Under the pieces are notes generated by a model that worked only from the letters and a program-made list of their open reading frames with translations, was not told the origin of the DNA and did not search any database. From positions 4,529,675 through 4,553,674 of the forward strand of contig CP104013.1 of NCBI GenBank assembly GCA_025839675.1: DNA of 24,000 bases, given 5' to 3'. This stretch comes from Candidatus Lokiarchaeum ossiferum. GTDB taxonomy: Archaea; Asgardarchaeota; Lokiarchaeia; Sigyniarchaeales; Promethearchaeaceae. The translations under genes were made by a program, and so were the position numbers. Positions 8,208 through 16,326 of the stretch are shown one piece after another (within the stretch, counting starts at the first letter, position 1; each line of letters starts with the position of its first letter).

Positions 8208-9560
8208 CTAAGTAATCTTACTTGAATTGGTTGTTTCTCGCTTTTCCCATTCTAGAAATTGTTGATCCAGCGTGTGAATATAGGCTTTGAGTTCTTCCGG
8301 TTGTTGACCATACTGTTTGATTTTTAAAGATTTTAAATTGCTCTCATATTTCTCTACTTCGAGAGGTTCGATTTTCGTACTATCGAATAATTGATTGTAC
8401 TGCTGAACGATGCTCGCTTGCAATTCCTGCATATTTTTTGTTAAAGCAGTGCTGACTTGGTAAATTTCCGTGATTTCTTCAGATTTCTCCATATATTTCA
8501 TGATTTTTTTGAGATAATTTTGAATTTCGGGAATCATTAGCTGCAACGCTTCTTTCGCTTTTTGAAGATTGTTTTTTTCTACATTTTCTATAACTTTGTT
8601 ATAATTTTGTTCAAATTTTGTGTATTCGATAACAAATCGATTGTAATCTATTTTTATATCCAGATCATCGAGAATTTCATTTAATTCCTTAATATCTTCC
8701 TTGGATTTATATTTTCTAACTGTTTTCTTGTAGGCATTGGTCAAGTCTTGCATTGACACTAAGATTTTATGGATTCCTTGGTAATATTTGGCATGTTTTT
8801 CTTTTTCCAACCTTTCAAATAGATCTTGATATCGACGTGAGTAATCAACATCAATAATTTTTCTCATCATCTGTTTGTTAATTTCATTTCTGCGAATTAA
8901 TTTCAAAGTCAAATCGTCTAAATCTAAGTTTTGGGCAATAGAAATTCCGTGATTGTGATATTGCATTTCAATTGCGAGTAATTCTCGTGCTTTTCCTATA
9001 TCATCATGATCCAACGCTTCTTTTGTTTCATGGCGTTTTTCCGTGATTTTAACGAGTAATTGTTCCAAAGGAATATCTGTGGCAATTTCTGTAGTGGGTT
9101 TATAGCCTATAATTGAAAATTCATTCATTTTTGGGTTTATCTTATAATATAATATTACAAATAATATCAAGAAATACAAAAATTCACTGTAAAGGAGCAC
9201 TTTATGTGACATCGTAGAACGAAGTGCTATAAATGGAAGATAGATCATCATTAGTAAGTTGATGGCTCCTCCCACAATCATTGCTGGAATAGTATGGAAT
9301 TTTCCCTTTCTTTTTTTATGTTCATCAATTTTGGCATTGGAATAGATCGCAATAAACGCGCCAATATAATAAGCTCCAAAAAAAGTCCAGATGAAAATGG
9401 TAAAAATAGAAGTTAGTGTTCTATCGATGGAAAATAAAATTCTGTTATATCTATTAAAGAATAGATTTAATGTCAGCGCCTCTATCCCAAAAATGACGTG
9501 AAAGAAGAAATATATCGCATCGGTTTTAAAGAAAAATGTGTTTCGGAAAAATTGACTCAT
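8208..9560 (-). CDS. Membrane protein (about 4 TM helices) with a roughly 290-aa cytoplasmic coiled-coil region
   Basis: The ORF-track start at 9569 is a GTG, and the first ATG is at 9560 (MSQFFRN). The first 150 aa contain four hydrophobic segments. The rest is rich in K/E/L/I/Q with heptad character. The C-terminus ends TLDQQFLEWEKRETTNSSKIT. Confidence 0.65.
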   Translation of the reverse strand: MSQFFRNTFFFKTDAIYFFFHVIFGIEALTLNLFFNRYNRILFSIDRTLTSIFTIFIWTFFGAYYIGAFIAIYSNAKIDEHKKRKGKFHTIPAMIVGGAINLLMMIYLPFIALRSTMSHKVLLYSEFLYFLILFVILYYKINPKMNEFSIIGYKPTTEIATDIPLEQLLVKITEKRHETKEALDHDDIGKARELLAIEMQYHNHGISIAQNLDLDDLTLKLIRRNEINKQMMRKIIDVDYSRRYQDLFERLEKEKHAKYYQGIHKILVSMQDLTNAYKKTVRKYKSKEDIKELNEILDDLDIKIDYNRFVIEYTKFEQNYNKVIENVEKNNLQKAKEALQLMIPEIQNYLKKIMKYMEKSEEITEIYQVSTALTKNMQELQASIVQQYNQLFDSTKIEPLEVEKYESNLKSLKIKQYGQQPEELKAYIHTLDQQFLEWEKRETTNSSKIT

Positions 9561-9802
9561 TGATTTCACCTTATTAGTATAAGGATAAATTCCTTTTTTT
9601 TAAATATATGTCTTTCTCTTATTTAATGGTGTTATTTTAGAGGTAATCAACATTAGATTAAAAAAATGAAAACAAATTGATATCACTTTTTACTGATTTT
9701 ATCAATGAAGTAGTTCAAGAAAACAACTTTATTGCCTATCCAATTCGGAGGTGTAGGAACACTTATATGTTTCATTCATCACATTTGTACTGGTGATAGG
9801 TT

Positions 9803-11431
9803 ATGAAATGTGAACAAAAAACAATTGGATTATTTCTTGGATTAATGTTATTATGGGGGGGAATCACAATTTACCCTCAAAATAATTCATCTACCGATTC
9901 TCTTCCTGTCTTTGAAAATCTTAACAGCATTCCAAAAGCTTCGAACATGAGCAAGTCTATTAAAACTTTGGATTTCTTTACAAACGATATACAAGCCTTG
10001 GCTATTTATGGAAATCGCATCTGGGGGGTTGACCGGGTTTTAAAGCAAATTATAGAAGTCTCAGCTGTAAATGGAGATCTTCTAGAAACTTTTCCTGATT
10101 TTGGTTTTGACTGTGACAGTTTAGCCGCCAGTGCTGATTATCTATATACGACTGCTGCTGTGGCGGGAAATGGGACAATTTTTATAATAAATCCAACGAC
10201 TCAAGCAATTGTCGATACTTTGGTCATTTATTCAGATCAATCCCAAACATTTGGGCTGGAATATTCCGCTGGTACAATTTGGATGGATCAAATGAACGTT
10301 ATGACGTTTTCTTGTAACTTGCTACAAATCAATGCAATTTCAGGAGCAGTGATAAAAAATTTTTCTCTACCTTTTAGAATGGCTGCAGGTCCCGAAATTA
10401 ATGGAATAGTATATTGCATCAGCTATAATGATAACAATATCTATGGGATTGATGCCTCAAATGGTCAGATATTATGCAAATTTAAATCTCCTATAATTTC
10501 TACTGGCGATTGGGGATCTACTCAACAAGGAAATTTATTGGTAGTTAGCGATTATAACGAGAATTGTCTCCATTGGATTAAAACAGAATTTAATACAGGG
10601 GAATATGTTTTCGGTTTTGATTATTCTGCCTACACCTTCCCTTTCCGAATGACAAATAATGGGACTCACCTCTTTTTCCGACCTTTCTACACAACAGCAA
10701 TTACTGTTGCAGAAATTGGGACTGGGGAAGAAGTTGCTGAGCTTTCAACTAGCTTTATACCAATTGGTCTCTCCTATCATGAAGGAACAATATGGGCTGC
10801 AGAATTTGGGGGTTCTTATGAAATTTGCCAATTAGATATGAGCGGAACAACGATTCATAGTTTTTCTCTGGGTTTAGATGGCTCATCTCAAATTTACGCG
10901 CTCGAATGGGTCGATTCCTATATTTGGGCTTATTTAGTAAATGGCACTATGATTCAAATCAATCCTACTACTGAATCTATTGTTAATCACTTTGAGATTG
11001 AGTATTCTATTACTGGTTTGGCGTGGTCAAGTGAACACGATGCGCTTTATGGTACCACATCCGATTCAAATCTTATATTTGAGATTGATCTTTCATCTGG
11101 AACAATTCTTGCTGAATCAATTCTTATGTGTGAAGGAACCAACTTTTATGGACTCACAACATGGCGGGACAAGTTTATCGTCAATGAAATGAACTCAGGA
11201 CCTAAACAATTAAAGTATTTCCAGAATAATATTCCAATTCCTCCAGTAGATGATACAGTGGATGACACCACAAGTAGCACTACAACAACCAATTCTTCTG
11301 GAAGTACGACAGATGGAGTCCCCTTAATTTTTGGTCTTAATGCAAATTATGTTGCCCTCGGTGGTGTTGGAGCAGGATTGCTATTAGGGATTCTATTCGG
11401 AGGCTTGATATTTGGGCGAAAGAAAAAATAA
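9803..11431 (+). CDS. Secreted or surface-anchored beta-propeller-like repeat protein with a Ser/Thr-rich stalk and a C-terminal TM anchor
   Basis: It has an N-terminal signal-like helix (IGLFLGLMLLWGGITIY). A strand-turn motif recurs: IIEVSAVNGDLLETF, IFIINPTTQAIVDTL, LLQINAISGAVIKNF, IYGIDASNGQILCKF, MIQINPTTESIVNHF, IFEIDLSSGTILAES. This resembles YVTN/glutaminyl-cyclase-type propeller blades. It is followed by DDTTSSTTTTNSSGSTTDG, then GGVGAGLLLGILFGGLIFGRKKK. Confidence 0.7.
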   Translation: MKCEQKTIGLFLGLMLLWGGITIYPQNNSSTDSLPVFENLNSIPKASNMSKSIKTLDFFTNDIQALAIYGNRIWGVDRVLKQIIEVSAVNGDLLETFPDFGFDCDSLAASADYLYTTAAVAGNGTIFIINPTTQAIVDTLVIYSDQSQTFGLEYSAGTIWMDQMNVMTFSCNLLQINAISGAVIKNFSLPFRMAAGPEINGIVYCISYNDNNIYGIDASNGQILCKFKSPIISTGDWGSTQQGNLLVVSDYNENCLHWIKTEFNTGEYVFGFDYSAYTFPFRMTNNGTHLFFRPFYTTAITVAEIGTGEEVAELSTSFIPIGLSYHEGTIWAAEFGGSYEICQLDMSGTTIHSFSLGLDGSSQIYALEWVDSYIWAYLVNGTMIQINPTTESIVNHFEIEYSITGLAWSSEHDALYGTTSDSNLIFEIDLSSGTILAESILMCEGTNFYGLTTWRDKFIVNEMNSGPKQLKYFQNNIPIPPVDDTVDDTTSSTTTTNSSGSTTDGVPLIFGLNANYVALGGVGAGLLLGILFGGLIFGRKKK

Positions 11432-11456
11432 CACATTGAAATATAAATTTCTTGCC

Positions 11457-11464
11457 TTTTTTTT
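11457..11464 (+). terminator. Oligo-T tract (T8) downstream of the 9803-11431 gene
   Basis: cttgccTTTTTTTTacc lies 26 nt after the stop codon. Confidence 0.35.
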
Positions 11465-11663
11465 ACCTCCAAATCCAAATAAATAATTTTTTGTTATTAT
11501 TACTTACTTGTGTAGAAACATTGTTAACCAGATGCTCTACTTTCTTTGGTTCAGGTTGAATTAGGTAGTTATCATCAAAATTGAAGTCCATTTTCGCCCA
11601 TTCGTCATTTTTATGATAATTAACTAAATAAGTGAAAAAAAAGGAAGGCCGGTATAATTTCAT
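11463..11663 (-). CDS. Hypothetical small protein (66 aa)
   Basis: Its ATG overlaps the stop of the upstream 100-aa ORF in an ATGA arrangement, which suggests translational coupling. I see no recognisable motif. Confidence 0.35.
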   Translation of the reverse strand: MKLYRPSFFFTYLVNYHKNDEWAKMDFNFDDNYLIQPEPKKVEHLVNNVSTQVSNNNKKLFIWIWR

Positions 11664-11962
11664 TCATAGTCTAAAGAAGTCTTGTCTTCATTTTTCTCTG
11701 TTTTTACTTTTTCTTCCTGCATTTCTTCTTCCTTCACATCTGAAGTATTGTTTATCCCATTCCATCCAATCAGTACGAATAAAATGGCTAATATAAGGAA
11801 AATAGGTCCCATTTCTGTGTTATATCCTGCTCCTATCGCCGTAAGTCCCAGTAAAGCTATGATAGCGGATTGTGAATTTTTGGAAAATCCTTCCATAGAT
11901 ATTTTAAGTCTCACTGCAAATAAAAATTGATCTTTGAATGAGTTAAGTAAATTTCCCAGCAC
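11660..11962 (-). CDS. Hypothetical small membrane protein with an acidic C-terminal tail
   Basis: Two hydrophobic helices (AIIALLGLTAIGAGY, PIFLILAILFVLIGW) are followed by EEEMQEEKVKTEKNEDK. The ORF-track start at 11962 is a GTG. An internal ATG at 11896 (MEGFSKN) is an alternative start. Confidence 0.45.
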   Translation of the reverse strand: MLGNLLNSFKDQFLFAVRLKISMEGFSKNSQSAIIALLGLTAIGAGYNTEMGPIFLILAILFVLIGWNGINNTSDVKEEEMQEEKVKTEKNEDKTSLDYE

Positions 11963-12148
11963 TATTTTGAAATCTGAAAAAAAAGGGAAACAATTGCAGT
12001 AGTGTTGATCACAAAATTTTTATTTTCCTTTTTATAAAGGAGATAATTTTTAAGCACTCCAATTACCTCGCTGTAGCAGATTTTTTTTCTGATTGATGCA
12101 ACTCACCAAAAAATCATCCAATTTTAGGAAAGAAGAAAAATTAGGTAG

Positions 12149-12284
12149 TACCGGTGGTGTGGATTGAACACACGAACCTCTGGATGTCTCATCTGGACCG
12201 CATTGAATGCGTCCGACCCTTTTTTAGTCCATTTCGCAATGGAGATTATGAGTCCAGCGCTCTAACCAACTGAGCTACACCGGC
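12149..12284 (-). tRNA. tRNA-Met (anticodon CAU), elongator type or possibly tRNA-Ile2, with a 61-nt intron in the anticodon loop (about 12185-12245)
   Basis: Minus strand reads GCCGGTG-TA-GCTC-AGTTGGTTA-GAGC-G-CTGGA-CTCATAA-[61-nt intron]-TCCAG-AGGTTC-GTGTG-TTCAATC-CACAC-CACCGGT-A. The D and T arms are perfect. The intron contains ATGAG, complementary to the CTCAT of the anticodon loop, plus two internal hairpins. Pair 1:72 is G.U, and no CCA is encoded. Confidence 0.8.
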
Positions 12285-12342
12285 ATGGGTTTTGGATATT
12301 TTAGGCACTCTCGTGCAAGATACGAAATAAAGATAGAAAGTG

Positions 12343-12420
12343 TGGAGCCTTCGGAGGGACTTGAACCCTCGACATCTGCCTTACCAAGGCAGCGTAATGG
12401 CCGGGCTAGACTACAAAGGC
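12343..12420 (-). tRNA. tRNA-Thr (anticodon GGU) with encoded CCA
   Basis: Minus strand reads GCCTTTG-TA-GTCT-AGCCCGGCCA-TTAC-G-CTGCC-TTGGTAA-GGCAG-ATGTC-GAGGG-TTCAAGT-CCCTC-CGAAGGC-T-CCA. The acceptor, anticodon and T arms pair well. The D-stem has only 2 Watson-Crick pairs (C12/T23 and T13/T22 are mismatched), which lowers my confidence. Confidence 0.72.
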
Positions 12421-12576
12421 ATACCACTGATTTTGGAAATGATGGCAAGTATTTGAACTTTACCAGTGCACTTTCAAAACTATGATCATGAATATTCCAT
12501 TTCATAAAAATTTTTTTGCACAGTGTCGGGAACAGAAGATTGTACCAGTTCTATTTGTGGCATGAGGGGTGTGGAG

Positions 12577-12690
12577 AGAAGCAAAACTTTTTCGAAAGGA
12601 ATAACTCTCGCCAAAATTTAGTGCATACATTTTTGAGGGGGGACTTTGGGAAAAAACCCGAATTTACAATTTGGGAATCATTTCTTCTCA
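12577..12690 (+). repeat. Copy A of an imperfect, modular direct repeat of about 100 bp (G-rich 38-bp core at 12627-12664)
   Basis: The blocks agaagcaaaa (12577-86), caaaattt (12612-19), core acatttttgaggggggactttgggaaaaaacCcgaatt (12627-64) and cttctca (12684-90) recur in the same order at 16696-16790. Blocks 1 and 2 are 25 nt apart in both copies. The core matches 37/38. Copy A has a 19-nt insertion before the last block. Confidence 0.85.
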
Positions 12691-12896
12691 ATCAAAGTTA
12701 TTAGAATCAAAACTAATGTTTTGAGTTTTATTGATTTCTCATGCCAAATGCTAATGCAATTTCGTTGGTCATTTAGGCTTTATAGACTGTAAAAAAAAAT
12801 ATTGAAAATATATGAAAAAGAACGATAGTATAGAGGTATTATTCCATGATTCCTAATCTTCTCCGTTTAAAAAAAGAAAATGTAATCAAAAGTGAG

Positions 12897-12916
12897 AAAA
12901 AAGGAACACCTTTTTT
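12897..12916 (-). terminator. Hairpin plus oligo-T structure downstream of the large surface-protein gene
   Basis: aaaaaagg (12897-12904), loop aaca, then cctttttt (12909-12916) form a perfect 8-bp inverted repeat 33 nt past the stop at 12949. Read on the minus strand, it ends in a T6 run. Confidence 0.4.
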
Positions 12917-12948
12917 AGATTGTGGTAAAAAGGATCATCACCTAAGGG

Positions 12949-15900
12949 TCATTTACCCAAAAAATTCATTTTTCGTCTTTTGCTTAGAACAATAATTCCT
13001 AATGTTATCGTTGATAAAAGAACCTCATCAATGAACGAGTATCCTGGTATCTTAGATGGTACTGGTACAGTAGGTGTTTCTGAAATTGTTGAATTTTCAG
13101 AATATTCGACCATTATTACATTTGATTCGAGAGATTCACCATTTGAATTAATGGCTGTAATTACATAATAGTATTTACCATATGAGTCAAGGGTATCTGT
13201 AAAATTTATATTTTCTGTCTTCTGGAGAAAAATTGAACTGTTTATTGAAGAAATATATGAATTATGGCGATAAATGTTATAAAAATCTGCACCTTCAACA
13301 GTTGACCACTCTAAATAGACGACTCCACGAATATTGTTGAAATCCAATGTTGGTTCTGAAATAACGGGAGGAATGAGTGGGGTAAAATTAATATAGATCA
13401 TGTTTGAAGGGGTAGATTCACCAAGACTGTTGACTGTGGTGATCACATAATAATACTGTCCAAATTCTTTAAGAGAGTCTGTGTATGCAGAAATTACTGA
13501 TGTTGATAGGAAAATTGAACTATTTAAAGTAGTGATCGGAAATATATGGCGATATACGTTATAATAATCAACACCCTCTATATCTGTCCAATTCAAGATA
13601 ATTTCATTATTATAGTTCAATGGATCCAAATTGGATAATACTGGAGGATCTAGTGTGAAATATTGTATTGAGACATTTTTTGACACAGGCGATTCTCCTG
13701 CAGAATTGTGTGCAGTAACTGCATAAAAATATTCACCGTTCGATGGAAGTTGATCTTCAGTCATATTAGTCAAGACAGTTTTTAGAAAAATAGAGCTATT
13801 TATGGAAGTAATCGGACCGGTATGACGATAAAGATTATAAGATTCTGCTCCATTTACTTGAGTCCAATTTAATAAAATAACTGAACTTGTTGATGGGTTA
13901 GGAAATATTTTTGACAAAATCGGTGCATTTGGAGAAAGGAAAGTGACTATTTTCGATTCAGATAAAATTGATTCACCTGCGCCATTAACGGCAGTCACGG
14001 CATAGTAAAACGTTCCACCAGATGGAAGAATATCTGTGGTTTCATTCGTATACATATTTTTGATGAAAATTGAACTATTTATGGAAATAATCGGGCCAAT
14101 ATGGCGATAGAGATTATAAGATTCTACACCATCTACTTGAGTCCAATTCAAAATAATTTCATGGCAAGTTGTTTGATCGGGGATAATATTTGATAATATA
14201 GGTGCATCGGGTACAACATATTCAATGCTAACTGGATTTGATGGATTTGATTCACCCGATCCATTAATGGTAGTGCATACATAGTAATAAATTCCCCCTC
14301 CATCGTTTAAAGTATCTGAAGTATAATTCGAGACAACATTTTTCAGAAGGATTGAACTATTAATTTCTGTTATAGGAGATCTATGGCGGTAGAGATTATA
14401 TGACTGAGCATCATCAACATCAGTCCAATTTAGAATAATAGAATTAAATTTTGTTGAAGGAAACCCAAAGTTTGATAAAAAAGGAGCATTTGGTTTGTAA
14501 TATATACCTTCTCCAAATTTCTGTATTCGATGATTATTTGAATCCACCACAAAGGTTTGATTGAGAGAATTAAATGCAATACCGAGAGGTTTACTTAATT
14601 GTCCATCATTATAACCAGAAGTCCCAAATTGATCGATATAATTACCTTGAGGGTCAAAAATTTGGATCCGATCATTCTCGGTGTCAGATACATATACATA
14701 ATTCGTTTGATTTATTGCAATTCCCTGAGGAGAAGAAAATTGACCATCATCTGATCCATAAGATCCAAATTGGTTAACCTGAGATCCCAAAGGATTAAAA
14801 ACTCTTATAACATGATTTCCACCATCTAATTGATCGGTAATATAAGTAAATCCACTACTGTTGATAGCAATTGCACTAGCATAATCAAAAGTTCCAAATG
14901 AACGATGGAAATTTCCTGATGGATCATACACTTGAATTTTTTGACGGTTCTGATCAACAACATAAATATAGTTTGATGAATTTATTGCTATTCCTCTAGG
15001 AAAAAGGAGTTCCTCACTTCCTGTATCCTCTTCTCCTATCATGTATTGATAATTGCCTTCTGGATCATACACCTTTATATCAGAATCATCTAAAACAAAA
15101 ACCCAATTGGTTTCGTTTATAACCACACCCCAAGGTTTGTATAAATTATAGGAATCCACTCCTGGAGAGCCAATTGATCGAACATATTCCCCAGAAGGAT
15201 TAAATACTTGGACCCTCCCATTTTCTGAATCTGATACGTATGCATAGCCTGATCCATTAATAGCTATTCCTGAAGGAATATTTAATTGCCCGATTTCAGA
15301 GAATGCTGTTATACCAAATGAAGAAAAATATTCACCCGTTTGGGAATAATTCAGAATCCGATCTCTGTCTAATTCTGCAATTAATAAATTTCCGGAAAGA
15401 TCAATGGTTATCCCTTTTGGATTAAAAATTAGCCCATCATACCCAGATTGCCCTATTAGTCTGATAAAATTTCCGTCTTGATCAAAAACTTTAACATGAT
15501 TATTGCCAGAATCGGTGATAAATAAATACCCGGTGCTATTAATTACAATATTTTCTGGATAATCAAAATCTGGATCATCCATTCCTGATGTACCAAAGGA
15601 ATTTATAAACAGACCATTAGGATCGAACACTTGGATCCGATAGTTATATTTATCTGCTACATATAAATAGCCAGAACTATTAATCGCAAGACCAGCTGGG
15701 GAATAAAATTGGCCATCACCAGATCCATATGAACCAATAGTTTTAATGATTTCACCACTAGGTGAACAAATAAATATCTGATTCTGCTGAGTATCTGCAA
15801 CATATAAATGTTCTGAACTATTTAATGCAATCCCTCGGGGTTTTTGGAAGATATATTCTCCGATAATCTTAATGAAGTTCCCAAATTGGTCAAAAACTTG

Positions 15901-16326
15901 AACTCTGCCATTTTGTCTGTCTGAAACAAATATATTCCCGGTACTATTGATTAAAATATCATAAGGAAGGTTAAATTCCCCATCTCCAAACCCAGAACTT
16001 CCAAAGGATCTAACAAAATTAAATTCTGGATCAAATATTTGTACTCTGCCGCCCCAATCAACAATATGGATAAATCCTGAACTGTTTATTGCAACTCCAC
16101 AAGGTTGGTTAAAGGTTCCTGGATTTAACACATGAGTTCCAAATTGATCCAAATATTCTTCATTAAATGCTTTTTGAGGTACATCCATTCTTCTTTCTAC
16201 TTCATTCGTTTCAGTAATAACTTTTGATTCTGGGCTAAAATTAGAATTTCCAATATTAAAACTTACCAAAAATATTAAAACTAGCATGGATAAGCGATAT
16301 TCTTCTTTTTTTTTTCTCATTTTCAT
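12949..16326 (-). CDS. Large surface protein: signal peptide, 12 NHL-type propeller blades, 5 FN3-like modules, C-terminal TM anchor
   Basis: The ORF is open to 16386. The likely start is MKMRKKKEEYRLSMLVLIFLV, at ATG 16326 or 16320, because a signal-like helix follows directly. There are twelve repeats of the type GIAINSSGYxYVxDxxNxRIQVFDxxGxFxxxFG. There are five modules of about 93 aa of the type IILNWTxVxGAESYNLYRHxxPIxSINSSIFLK...YYYAVTAxNxxGES. The C-terminus is VLLSTITLGIIVLSKRRK. Confidence 0.85.
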   Translation of the reverse strand: MKMRKKKEEYRLSMLVLIFLVSFNIGNSNFSPESKVITETNEVERRMDVPQKAFNEEYLDQFGTHVLNPGTFNQPCGVAINSSGFIHIVDWGGRVQIFDPEFNFVRSFGSSGFGDGEFNLPYDILINSTGNIFVSDRQNGRVQVFDQFGNFIKIIGEYIFQKPRGIALNSSEHLYVADTQQNQIFICSPSGEIIKTIGSYGSGDGQFYSPAGLAINSSGYLYVADKYNYRIQVFDPNGLFINSFGTSGMDDPDFDYPENIVINSTGYLFITDSGNNHVKVFDQDGNFIRLIGQSGYDGLIFNPKGITIDLSGNLLIAELDRDRILNYSQTGEYFSSFGITAFSEIGQLNIPSGIAINGSGYAYVSDSENGRVQVFNPSGEYVRSIGSPGVDSYNLYKPWGVVINETNWVFVLDDSDIKVYDPEGNYQYMIGEEDTGSEELLFPRGIAINSSNYIYVVDQNRQKIQVYDPSGNFHRSFGTFDYASAIAINSSGFTYITDQLDGGNHVIRVFNPLGSQVNQFGSYGSDDGQFSSPQGIAINQTNYVYVSDTENDRIQIFDPQGNYIDQFGTSGYNDGQLSKPLGIAFNSLNQTFVVDSNNHRIQKFGEGIYYKPNAPFLSNFGFPSTKFNSIILNWTDVDDAQSYNLYRHRSPITEINSSILLKNVVSNYTSDTLNDGGGIYYYVCTTINGSGESNPSNPVSIEYVVPDAPILSNIIPDQTTCHEIILNWTQVDGVESYNLYRHIGPIISINSSIFIKNMYTNETTDILPSGGTFYYAVTAVNGAGESILSESKIVTFLSPNAPILSKIFPNPSTSSVILLNWTQVNGAESYNLYRHTGPITSINSSIFLKTVLTNMTEDQLPSNGEYFYAVTAHNSAGESPVSKNVSIQYFTLDPPVLSNLDPLNYNNEIILNWTDIEGVDYYNVYRHIFPITTLNSSIFLSTSVISAYTDSLKEFGQYYYVITTVNSLGESTPSNMIYINFTPLIPPVISEPTLDFNNIRGVVYLEWSTVEGADFYNIYRHNSYISSINSSIFLQKTENINFTDTLDSYGKYYYVITAINSNGESLESNVIMVEYSENSTISETPTVPVPSKIPGYSFIDEVLLSTITLGIIVLSKRRKMNFLGK
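13102..14493 (-). repeat. Array of five diverged FN3-like coding modules (period about 280 bp)
   Basis: Modules start near aa 632, 726, 819, 913 and 1005 of the 1145-aa ORF. The conserved anchors are LNWT, YN(L/V/I)YRH, (I/L)NSSIF(L/I), YYY(A/V)(V/I)T and GES. Confidence 0.8.
14509..16131 (-). repeat. Array of twelve NHL-like coding repeats (period about 135 bp; probably two six-bladed propellers)
   Basis: The blade cores are VAINSSG, ILINSTG, IALNSSE, LAINSSG, IVINSTG, ITIDLSG, IAINGSG, VVINETN, IAINSSN, IAINSSG, IAINQTN and IAFNSLN. Each is followed by xhYVxDxxNxRIQ(V/I)F. Confidence 0.8.

Noticed and set aside
11682-11930. 82-aa plus-strand ORF opposite the 100-aa minus-strand ORF
   Set aside because: The minus-strand product has two clean TM helices, a charged tail and ATGA coupling to the next ORF. 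The plus-strand product is a Ser/Phe-rich low-complexity sequence. Neither is strongly supported, and I chose the minus strand.
12185-12245. Possible C/D-box sRNA embedded in the tRNA-Met intron, as known for some archaeal tRNA introns
   Set aside because: I found no RUGAUGA C box or CUGA D box pair in the 61-nt intron. AGAUGAG is the anticodon-pairing segment.
12275-12505. ORFs of 76 aa (minus) and 66 aa (plus, 12285-12485) in the tRNA region
   Set aside because: Both overlap the tRNA-Thr gene and the tRNA-Met 5' end. The sequence there is explained by the tRNA cloverleaves.
12627-12664. G-rich repeat core as a G-quadruplex, or as attL/attR of an integrated element at the tRNA genes
   Set aside because: Only two G-runs are present, whereas a quadruplex needs four. 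No integrase, excisionase or other mobile-element gene lies between the copies, and the repeat does not overlap the tRNA bodies. I kept the repeat as a finding but rejected the classical integrative-element reading.
12516-12704. 62-aa plus-strand ORF covering repeat copy A
   Set aside because: The equivalent frame in repeat copy B (16746-16783) contains a stop codon (...GTHF*GG...). The conservation between the copies is therefore at the nucleotide level, not the protein level.
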